A DNA stretch of 64,000 nucleotides, from contig OZ176050.1 of the NCBI GenBank assembly GCA_964247055.1, positions 6,572,001-6,636,000 on the forward strand. The letters run 5' to 3'. How positions within the stretch are numbered: position 1 is the stretch's first letter; each line of letters opens with the position of its first letter. Source of the stretch: Paragordius varius. Lineage: Eukaryota; Animalia; Nematomorpha. The translations under genes were made by a program, and so were the position numbers. The notes under the pieces are model-generated. The model saw only the letters and a list, made by a program, of their open reading frames with translations, was not told where the DNA came from and made no database searches. This document shows positions 1-10,371 of this stretch, in pieces.

Positions 1-1750
1 AGTTGGCGTCCTTTAGAAAGGTAGTTTGGAGGCGCTTTAATATAAATATGGGATCAGTTGTGCTGCAGCCTTGACGGAAGGCACACTGCATGTTATTAAT
101 ATTAACTATATCTCTTATTTTCTGAGCTAAGATTGATTCACAAACTTTCATAGTATGTTCCAGAAGTTTAATTGGGCGATATTATGTAGTTTTTTCATTG
201 GATTAGTAATACTGTTTTGCTAATAGGATGGAGTCTTATTATCAATTAATATTTTGTTGAAAAGGGTTGTTAAAATGGGGCTAGGTTTATATAATAAGTC
301 AGCTGAGAGTTCGGACGGTCCTGCCGCTTTATTGTTTAACATTTTTTTAATGCGTTGCCTATGTCGAGATATCGTTGATTAGTGGTGTGGGGCCAATGTT
401 AAAAAGCAATTTTGGCAGTTCGTCGACGTTTGTTTTAAAACTCCCTTCAAATATTCAAACCAAGTTCGTTTCACGTCGTCAGGTGTGGTCATAGTTTTAC
501 AGTCTTTATCATTAATATATTTATTGGTTGGTATATCTTGCTTATTTTGTATTCTATTTTACTTTATAAATATTCTCAAATTAGATGTATCTTTAATTTC
601 ATCAGCTATTTTGCTCCTCTTGTTCATTTGGACTAACATATTTTTCATATTCCAAATAAGGTAACTTATCTTTATCGAAACTGATTTTTTCCATTTTTAA
701 ATTAATTCCAATTTTTTCTATGGAAATTTAATTTCATTAGGCCACCACCATTTCTTTTGTGGCCTACTGCCATATTTTTTTCTGCCGCAAACTTAAAATG
801 CAGTCTGCCCCATTTTTTAAATGGGTCCATATTTTTTCAACACTCATATTTTCATCTATAGCTATATTGGCTGTCTCATTTTGAGAGAGGTTTACCTGAT
901 TTGGAGAGAGAATTACTATTTATTTTTAAGACTTTATTTCATAATTACTATTTTTATGTAGTTCTGCTACTATCAAAGAACGTTGTGGTTCACATGCATA
1001 AGTCTTTTTTATATTCCTTATACACGGTGCTTTTGGTAGATTAGGACGTAATTAATCATTGATTCATTTTCATTGCTACGATAGGTGATTAACGCCTTAT
1101 TTTGTTTTGTAAAGAAAGTGTTAGCTACAACTAATTTTAAGAAATTGCGGAAATCAAGTATTGCCTCTCCTTCAGCATCTCTAACGCCAAAACCATAATT
1201 ACCATGAACATTCTCATAATCTTCGTTTTCTGCTCCAAGTCCATTTAAATCGCCACCAATTATAATATCATCTGTTGTCCTGTTGCATATATTGAATAAA
1301 TGCTCCAAAAAGCAGTTTTGTCAGATTGAGTTCTACCTTTCTGTGGAGCGTATGCTGATATTACGTTAAATATCTGTTTACTGATGGCTAGCCTAAGTTG
1401 TAATAATCTGTTTGAATGTCTGGTTATAGATACTATATTTTTTGCTAGTTCTACTTTCAAAGTGATAGCGACCCCTTGACTTGTTTATCCCCTTGATGAA
1501 ATAATATATACCTCTCAATGACTACGTTTCGTCCATATTTGATTCGTGTCTCTTGAAGGTAACAAATTTCTATGTTTTTGTTTGTGAGCTTGGGGATGAT
1601 AAATGGGGTTTTTCCTTTAAGAGATCCTATATTGTAAGTGGCAAACTTAAATTTTAACTGGATATTTTTATTTCTAATGTGTGATGGAAACGTATTCATG
1701 GTGGTTTGTTTAAAGATGTATGTTCATAATAACACTTGGGTGCTAGTAAT
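1..1750 (-). mobile_element. Decayed RTE-clade LINE (AP endonuclease plus start of RT), running off the window start
   Basis: ORF pieces 1457-1699 (KFATYNIGSL, CYLQETR), 1260-1460 (NVISAYAPQ) and 1018-1308 (IIGGDLN, LVVANTFF) are APE motifs. The reverse complement near 290-340 reads LNNKAAGPSELSAD, and near 50-85 reads FRQGCSTTDPI (RT N-terminus). Multiple frameshifts. Confidence 0.9.
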
Positions 1751-2221
1751 GCGCTGATTTTGTATAGTCATATTACCATTAATATTAAAGTTAATAAAAT
1801 AAAATGGATAAATTATGTATATAAATATATAATTTTTTCAACGTTTGTAAATATAGTAATAAAATAGAGAAAATGTTAAAAAATTTGTTGTAGTATAGAT
1901 AAAGATTTGGTTGCATGCATCATATATTATTATTAAGCAAATGTTTTAATATATCAACCTCTAGTTCCGAGGAGGAAATAAAGATATTCGGCGTTTACAA
2001 CCTAGGCGCCTTACCAAAATGGAGTTCCCTCTCCACATTTTAGTTTAAAATAATTCTGGAGTTGGGGTCTTGCATTATTATATATTGTCATGTTTTTGAC
2101 AACTGGTCAAAGCGCCAGAGAGCCCACTTGGTGTTTCGTGTGAATACAGGTATTGTGGCATTTTATGGGTTTTGACTTGTCAGAAGCCAAAACCACCACA
2201 CCCCACACATTCTTGACACCC

Positions 2222-2265
2222 CTTCCGTTAGTCAAAGTCCAGGGTGCACGACGAGGACGTGGAAG
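2222..2265 (-). ncRNA. HDV-like ribozyme core (P2-P3-L3-P1'-P1.1-J4/2) with no upstream P1 5' strand; minimal P4
   Basis: The minus strand reads CTTCC ACG TCCTCGT CGT GCACCCT GG ACTTTGA CTAAC GGAAG. P2 is CTTCC/GGAAG, P3 is ACG/CGT, L3 is TCCTCGT, the GG can pair with the L3 CC, and J4/2 is CTAAC. It lies about 570 nt upstream of the RTE ORF at 1699 on the same strand. Confidence 0.7.
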
Positions 2266-2788
2266 AAGGAAGCCATTTTCAGTACAATTTCATTTTAATA
2301 TTTTACTTTTTATGGTATTTTTATTTCCCAAAGCCATATTTTCGCTTAAGCTATTGGGCAAACTTAAGAAATGAATTCTTTAGCTTAGGCGCATTGTAAA
2401 AAAAATCTTCATCACAAACTTTTCACCGCCATTTTTATCTTTGGCTTTTTTAAAATCGCAACAATACGCAAATAGATGTTTAGGGTAAAATGTATTAAAA
2501 ACATTTAGCACCAATTTGATTTCAAAATCAACTCTTAAGGGGTTTTAAAGCTACCCAAATAATTGACTCTAGAGGTTAAAACTTTTATGGTTTTTACCTA
2601 ATACAATAGAACAATCTTTGATTAAATTTTAGTTTAAAACAAATCTCAAAATATCAGGTTTACAAAATTAAGCCTTACAGTACAAAATTACCCCAAAATG
2701 TAATGGTCAAAAAAGAGGTAATGAGGTATCAAAGCTGCAAATTATAAAATCGTAATTCGATTAATAAAATAGTAAACCCTGTCTGTAT

Positions 2789-5474
2789 TTAAGTTGCAAC
2801 GATCGTTTGGACGAATGCATTATAGAGGAGGCACTGTCTATTTTAAATTTTAAACTTTACAACATATTCCGGTAACCCATGCTATTTTACATAATATGTC
2901 AAAGTTTCATTTGAAAATTAAAATAATTATGTATTTTTCTTATAATTCTCATAATTTCGACGTTAACATTTTTAAACGGGTAATACTCGTCAATTTAATT
3001 TTAAAACTGTTATAAACTTTTTAGGGCCCTAAATTCGGTGTAAAAAAGATTTTACAGCAATACCTTATCATCATAACCAATCCATGCGCCCAAAAGTGAT
3101 CCGGTCATACTTGCAATGGTGTCGGTATCACCGCCACAACTAACACATTCAAAAATTGTGTCTAAAAACAAAGTGGATTCCAGGTTCTAATATAATATTT
3201 ATAGATATTATTAAGTATATTTTTGATAAGAAAATATTTTAGCGCATGGAAAATCATAGTTAGCTGGGATTAATACCCTAAATTATATCAAAACGGTAAC
3301 ATTTTTTTACTGATAAATTTTTAGTAATAACACAAATTTAATTGACTCTTCCAAGGGATAAATACCATAATAAAACAAATTCATTCAGATATTGAGTAAT
3401 TTTTGTTTAATTATAAATTATTCTTTTAGTATATTAATATAATGTTAGTAGTAATACAAAAACAGCTTACAGTTGAATTTTTTTGAGCATCAAAAGCTGA
3501 AACAAGAGCTTTAATAAAAAAGTATATAGCGATGGGAACAGATTCATGGGCACAAACACCGTTACCTGTAAAATAATTTGATAATATAAATAAAGGGTAC
3601 CAAAACATATTATCTATTAAAAATACCTAAAATATTAACTAGATTGATCACTGAAATTCTCTCGTTTTTACATATTATTTCGGTGATTTTATCGATTTTG
3701 TTTAAGTATGTATCAATCGCTTCTTGGCATAATCTATAAATAGTATTTAATATTATTAAAAAATAGTGGATTTCAAAACTAGTCATTCGTTAAAAATACA
3801 TTAGTTTTAAACTGAGTAAATCGCTCTTTTCCAGTCGGAGATTTGGCATCAATGATTTCAGGCACAAAAATCTCAAGTGAATAATTGGATGAAGATAAAA
3901 GTTGAATTTGTTCTTTTATGATTTTGCATGTTTCAAGGGCTAATGATTTCCCATTAACTATACTTGTACCATGTTGTACAGGAGGTGGTAACACCAATGC
4001 TTGTCGTAATGTAAAAGCTTGTAAAAGAGCCCCATATATTGCAATAGGATGGGCGTGTGTAATTAATGATGTTTCCACGATCGGCTAAATTGTTTAATTT
4101 AATAGAAAATATTTAGGTTTTCCACCAATTAAATAGTTTCATATAATTGATTCGATTATTAATTATATTAAGTGGTATTTTTAATATCATATATCATTGG
4201 CTTTTTTAAATCCAATGCTAGAAAAGAACCCTCGATATTTTAGCCCAAAAAACATAAATTTTAATCAATGATTTATACAACCAATCCCTAACAATGCGGG
4301 GTACAAATGGTATTTTGTATTAATATATATATATATATATATATATTTTTATGGTTGCTTATTTCACACTTCCGTTGAGCTATTTGCAACACAGTAGTGT
4401 ATGGAAAAAATAACAAAATATTGAAAAAACAATTTTCTTTCTTTTTTCTATACATTATTGTGTTGCAAATCGCCCAACTATAGTGTGAAATAGCTACCAT
4501 TAATATGCACTGTATATTTTATACATAAATAAATATTGCAGTGAAAAATAAATTAATGGCAATTTGTAATTGGATAATAATTAGCCAGTTGTCAAAATAG
4601 AACAGATAGTAGGTGTTTGACTACAATTATGATGTCAGGTTCATAAACTAAACGGAATATCAATAAAAAACCTATTATAAATAATATGTAAATTTCGTTC
4701 CTAGTAATATCTTAAATCTGCCCACTATTCATTTACCAATTTTTCATTTATTTCTGCAAATTAAAAACTTATACGTGTTTGGCTTTAATAATTAAAAAAA
4801 ATTTCATTGCTAATATATTCTGTATTTGCAAATATTAGGAGGAAGTACATTTTGAACACTATTATTCTCTAAAAATTATAAACCAATGACGATAAAAAAA
4901 TCGCGCTTAAAATATTTAAATTATGATTATTACAGCTAAAATATCATTCTGTGTATAAAGCTTTTAAAAACCTTTATTATGGATTCAAAATCATTGTCAA
5001 AATAAAACAAAGTTATTGGTGCGATTCTCATTGCAGCGCCGTTGCCCATAGAACCTTGTCCATCATAAAAAATTTTCGCTTCCCTATATATATCGTCTAC
5101 AGTTTGCGATAAATTGTTTACAATTTTTTTAATATTTTTTCCATAGGAACGATAAGGTTGCGAACTGATTCTATTTTTAAAACTCTATTTAAAAATATTA
5201 TACGTGTCAAAAATAGATATGATATCTAAACCTTTATTTTTTATTAATGATTTTCCAATATCAAATGTAAAGGCAGTGTCATCACTATACTTTAACAAAC
5301 TATGACCTTACAAATATAATTGTATATACTTGAAAAAAATTTACTGCTAATTATTTTGAATGACAAAAAATTATTTTCGTTTTCATATGGATATCCAATG
5401 CAATCCCCAATATTAACACCTAGAAGGGACCCCAAGAACTTTTTTACTGTAAAATTATCCTTGGGATTATACAT
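2789..5474 (-). CDS. ADPRS: ADP-ribosylglycohydrolase, ARH3/ADPRHL2-like (spliced)
   Basis: Exons at about 5474-5330, 5306-5204, 5182-4972, 4084-~3818, ~3735-3627, 3565-3471 and 3186-3064, with a tentative last exon at about 2882-2789. Motifs: LGSLLGVNIGDCIG, YSDDT, PYRSYG, GSMGNGAAMRIAP, SLITHAH, LGNGVCAHESVP and GGDTDTIASMTG. The catalytic acidic motifs are intact. The 3' end is uncertain. Confidence 0.9.
4351..4500. mobile_element. Small MITE-like inverted repeat in an ADPRS intron
   Basis: TGGTTGCTTATTTCACAC...GCTATTTGCAACACA on the left pairs imperfectly with TGTGTTGCAAATCGC...GTGTGAAATAGCTACCA on the right. Confidence 0.55.
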
Positions 5475-6291
5475 ATGCCTTTTTGATCATCTGTAATAGG
5501 GCTTTGCGCATATAAAGCTGTATAACACTACGTTCAAAATCGGGTAATATAAAAATATCCTGAGAAATATATATATATTTTATTAAATGGTAAAATTTGA
5601 GCACATTTTTTAAAATAAAATTTTAAGGTTACTAGAGGCTTCAGTCCAAAAAATATCACAAAATAAATAAAAACCAGATATAAAAAGCAAAACAAAAAAA
5701 TTATAATTTTTAGATTTGGGCTCCAAAAGTCCCAAATTTTTTCTCTTTGAAAATGACCTAGTTCGCTTAAAATAACTCCAAAATGTCGGGATCGCGGGAT
5801 AAATATTTTAAATATATGTATGTTTTAATATCATATAAAAATATTTTTTAAAAATGCATTGTTTTTTCAAAAAAAAATTTAGCATTTTGTTGAAAAGTAT
5901 TTTTTTATTTTTTGAGGCATGACGGAAACGGTATAAAAACGCTCTATGACAATATAAAACTCTTTTTCTACATTATTTATGATGCTGAACTTCTCTATCA
6001 CCTTAAAATTTTAAGGTTCGTTTGCATGCCATTTTTGGTAAATCTTTGTAAAAAACCCAATTTCTATCATTATCTTTTAATTCTTAATTTTCACTTTTTG
6101 CCCAATTTTGATTTTCTTTTAATATTTCAAAACTAGATCTTCAACAAATGAAAAAATTTCGACAAATGAATTCGTTGGTCATAAGCTATCTCATGAAAAA
6201 AAATACGTTAAAAATTTTTTTGCTCACAATGTATATATTTCATCAGAAGCAGTGGAATTACATCAATTTGCCTGTTGTATTTACTATTTAT

Positions 6292-6769
6292 AACTTCGAT
6301 TCAAATTGGGTAAAATGACTCCAGACCATATATAAATGGTTATTGGAAAACTACTTAATTTAAATTTATGCATATATTATAAAAAATTATATAAATAAGC
6401 CAAAACATCTTAAAAGAGCTAAATTTTGGAAAAAATCTCCATATCAAACTACGTCGACGCCATTTTTATTTCATATCATTTTCCAAATTTATCGTGTTTT
6501 TTTCATTCTAACGCTAAAAACAAAGTATATATATATTTCTTTTTAAAATCATCTATTATTAATGTAACATAAACAGAAAAGTGGTTTAGGCAATAATTTT
6601 ACACTAAGATAAGTCGCACATCTCATGTTATTTAAATTTTTACCTTCAAATTTATCCAAAAAATAAATAATAATAAGTTTTTTGAATGAATTTTTTTTGT
6701 ATATTGGTTTATCAATGTAACATATCAAATTTTTGCAATGGTTTTAAATAAATGTGCTGTATCCAAGTG
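6292..6769. mobile_element. TTAA-target MITE (about 0.5-0.6 kb family), degenerate copy
   Basis: Starts ACTTCGATTCAAATTGGG and ends GTATCCAAGTG|TTAA; the internal sequence is shared with the other copies. Confidence 0.7.
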
Positions 6770-6781
6770 TTAAAGCTTTAA

Positions 6782-7946
6782 CACTTGGATACAACACATT
6801 CATTTTAGTTCTTCGATTCAAATTAGGGTAGTACCCCAGCCCTGTTTAAAATTAAATTCTTTAAAAAATATGGAAGGAATCGAAACCATGGCAAAATTTT
6901 GGCCTTATATAACATTAATAAACCGAAATATAATAAAAATTTTATTCAAAAATACTTGATTTGATATTACTTATTTTAACACTTCGATTCAAATTGGGGT
7001 ATCTAAATACCTTAGACTAAATTTAAATTAATATTTTTAAAAAACTACTGAAGGAAACGGTCCCAATTTAAATTTATGCTTCTATCCTGATAAAAATTAT
7101 ATAACTATGCCAAAATATCCTAATAAAATTTTGTTTTGAAAAAAACGTTCCATCTCAAACTACTTCGACGCCATTTTTATTTTACAAAATTTATGCAAAA
7201 TATCGTCTTCATTTAATTTTAAGGGTAAAACTAAAGCTAATTTTTTATATAAATTATATCTAACATTAATAGAAATAGAAAAAGCGGTTTATTTTGTATT
7301 ATTTTAATTTTATAATTTGACACATGTCACGTTGACGAAATTTTTACCTTTCGGTTTTAACTTAAAATAAGTAATATCAAGTATTTTTGATTAAAATATT
7401 TTATATATTTTGGTTTATTAATGTTATATAAGTGCAAAATTTTGCCATGGTTTCGATTCCTTCCATACTTTTTAAAGTATTTGATTTAAACAGACCTGGG
7501 GGATCCAACTACCCCAATTTGAATCGAAGGACTAAAATGAGTGGGTTGTATCCAAGTGTTAAGCTAAAACCGAAAGGTAAAAATTTGGTCAACGTGACAT
7601 GTGTGCACTGGTAAAATTGAAAAATAATACAAAATAAACCGCTTTTTCTATTTCTATCAATGTAAGATGTAATTTAAATAAAAAATTAGCTTTAATTTTA
7701 CCCTTAAAATTAAATGAAGACGATATTTTGCAAAAATTTTGTAAAATAAAAATGGCGTCGAAGTATTTTGACATGAAACTTTTTTTTCAAAACAAAATTT
7801 TATTTAGATATTTTGGCATATTTATATAATTTTTATTTGGATAGAAGCATAAATTTAAATTAGGACCGTTTTATTCATTAGTTTTTTAAAAATCCTAACT
7901 TAAATTTTGTCTGGGGTATTTAGATACTCCAATTTGAATCAAAGTG
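6782..7946. mobile_element. TTAA-target MITE (outer copy) containing an oppositely oriented copy of the same family
   Basis: TTAA|CACTTGGATAC ... GAATCAAAGTG|TTAA; interrupted at a TTAA by the inner copy at 6980-7558. Confidence 0.85.
6980..7558. mobile_element. TTAA-target (piggyBac-like) MITE, 579 bp, inner copy
   Basis: TTAA at 6976-6979 and 7559-7562. The uninterrupted copy at 57087-57665 has a single TTAA at the equivalent site (TTTTAAGCTAAAACC), so this TTAA is a true target-site duplication. Confidence 0.9.
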
Positions 7947-8720
7947 TTAAAATTACATTTTAGCAGCAGGTTTCTAATTATCATGTCGAAATCAGGAGCC
8001 TAAATTGGGAGGTATAAAAAGGAATCTGATAAAATTTTTATATTCTGAATTGTCATAGTGCTTTTTTTGGTTAAGAGTGATTTAACATAAATATTTACAT
8101 TTTTATAGTAACTGTTCCATATCAAAAATCGCAATTTAAAACATCCTATTTATTCCTATATTTTGGAAAAAACTTATGTTTTATAAATACTCAAAAAACT
8201 TACATTTAATAAAATTTGATGTTTTTGCAAATTTTACTCCAAATTCGCGGGCCGCACATAATGTTTTTGGGACACGTGTTAGACATAATATGTTTAAAAT
8301 CTATTTTTAATCTCGTGTGTATTTCATATGCGGCACTTCAGATTTTTTGAACAAAAAATGCGACCCGCGAAGCCATTTTTGTAGCATACCGCTGACTTGA
8401 ATCAATAACATCATTCACCTTTGAAACCCTTATTAACATCTACTCTATTCAATTTATATGTAAATTATATCATAATAATGAATTTTCAAAATAACCTAAA
8501 TAAACACTATACTTCTTATAGCATATTTAACATTAAACTTGCTATAACATTAAAAAAGTTCATTATAAATTAACCTTAATACAGCTGTGTGCTTAAATAT
8601 AATTTTTTACCAGGATTGCTATCGGCAAATTCAATGAAAAGTTGGCATTGCATTTTTCATAGTTACTGCATATCTACGGTGAAGAGATTTTCAAATGGAA
8701 AAAGCGGGACAACTCTAAAC

Positions 8721-10371
8721 CAAGGCTTCTTAAACTATGGGTCTCGACCCCGTTTGGGGTCGCGAGTGATAAAAATACAATTTAACAAAAAATGTTTTTT
8801 AACTTGTAAAGTTATTGTTTTAAAGAAAAATAACAATCATCGTAGATAAATATATCATAAAATCTTCTGGTTCAGAAAGACTGTTTATACCAGCGCTTTT
8901 ATTCCGATCATTATAATATATATAATTATAAAAAGGAAATAACTGGCTTTGTGATCTGTTTTCGGAAAACCGGTAGACCCATTCAAATCCAAATGTTGAA
9001 AAAAATATAATCATTGATGAATCCGACAATAGCTTCGCCCTTTTTTGAATTAGGTTCCCAGTTCGGGCCTTACCCCATTGTAAAAAACAAGTTTTTTTGA
9101 AAACAGAAGCCCAAAATAATCGTGTCTTTGAGACAATTTTCCGGAAAACGTATTGGACCATTCGGTTTCGAATTACTTTTTTTCGATTGCGACGAACCTA
9201 CTCGGCTAACATTTTTTAATTTAGGCTCTCTTTTTACCCTTTCCCCCCGTAAAATGCCATTTTGTTCAAAAAAAATAAATAATTTTTTGCCCAGGCTGTG
9301 AAACCGTTAAAATTCCTTGAGGATTCGAGTTATTCTCTGTTAAAAGGTAAAAATTTTAGTCTTGCGTTTTTTTTAATATTGGCTGCTGGTAAACAGATAG
9401 CCGCTAAAACTGCGCCACTATTGCGTTGTTTTGGAGCTAATTTACAGTAAAATTATGAAGCCATATGAGCTTATTACATTCTTGAAATATTACCCTTAAC
9501 TAGGTAAAAATTAAGGTAGGGTTTTTTATTAGCCGTTCATTTGGGGCCTTTATGCCCTCCATCATATAACGATTATTTAGTGTTGAGGTCGAATTACCCC
9601 TGAGACGATGGTATCAAAGATGATTTCAAGTATTTGCCCTATAAAGGCAAAGAGCAGCGCTTTTCCATATAGATCTATGGGTAAGGGTTTACCGGTTTAA
9701 AACTGAGACGCCATACAGATAGGCGTAGTTTTGGAGCTAATTTTCAACAAACTTAAGAAGCCATAGGAGTTCAGTTAATCACGTTTCTGGGGAATTTGTA
9801 TAATATCATTCTTCTTTTAAAAAGATACCACAAATGATTTACTTTTTACATCCCTTGATCCCAGCTGTATAAACACAATTTAAAATTAGAACTTTTATAC
9901 ATGATTTCGTAACTAAAATCTTAAAATGAATCCAATGATAGTTGAAAACTCGAATTAGGGACAGATTAAATATGGTCAATTTCGAGTACACAATATTTCC
10001 GCCTATGCAAAAACTCTTAAAAGAATAATTAAAGACATTCTTTTTATTAAATATGTTTATTAATATTTTTTATATCCATTACCTCTATTTAAATTATTAA
10101 GAATAATTATCGGTGAGACTACGCCACACCGAAGCGACAGGGCCAGCTATTATCTTGTGTAAATTTACTATGAATCGGTATTATAGTAATTTATAAAAAA
10201 TGTAGATTTATTTTTGTCAATCTCTTAAAACCGAAATAATCCTGATAAATATTATCAACAAAATATGTAAGTGTTATTTCGAAGAAACTATTATTTTTCT
10301 TTTATATTTGTTGGGGTCGTTAATAAACTCGCAATATGGGGTCGGGAACTGCAAAAGTTTAAGAAGCCCTG
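8721..10371. mobile_element. Non-autonomous hAT element inserted in the Blackjack end
   Basis: TIRs CAAGGCTTCTTAAACT / AGTTTAAGAAGCCCTG; 8-bp TSD CTCTAAAC / CTCTGAAC (1 mismatch); subterminal GGGGTCG motifs. Confidence 0.85.
8914..10150 (+). mobile_element. Non-autonomous Helitron (same family as 14476 and 39933)
   Basis: Reverse-complement homology to 40540-40955. The 3' end CCGAAGCGACAGGGCCAGCTAT resembles a Helitron GC-rich CTRR end with one substitution; the 5' end is degenerate. Confidence 0.7.

Noticed and set aside
2153-2374. 73-aa plus-strand ORF; also a U3-like ACGAGGACG motif
   Set aside because: The GC-rich part is explained by the minus-strand HDV-like core. No U3 box A/B/C/D layout was found.
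4949-4971. Another 23-nt GT-AG intron candidate in ARH3
   Set aside because: Its removal leads to a stop within 11 codons. Splicing to the AG at 4085-4086 instead gives IIK-PIVETSLITH, in register with ARH3, so the real intron is long.
5183-5203. Alternative genetic code (TAA/TAG read as Gln) as an explanation of the in-frame stops
   Set aside because: Readthrough would insert extra residues into invariant motifs and cannot fix the 25- and 23-nt frameshifts. OGA and CRISP end on TAA at the expected positions.
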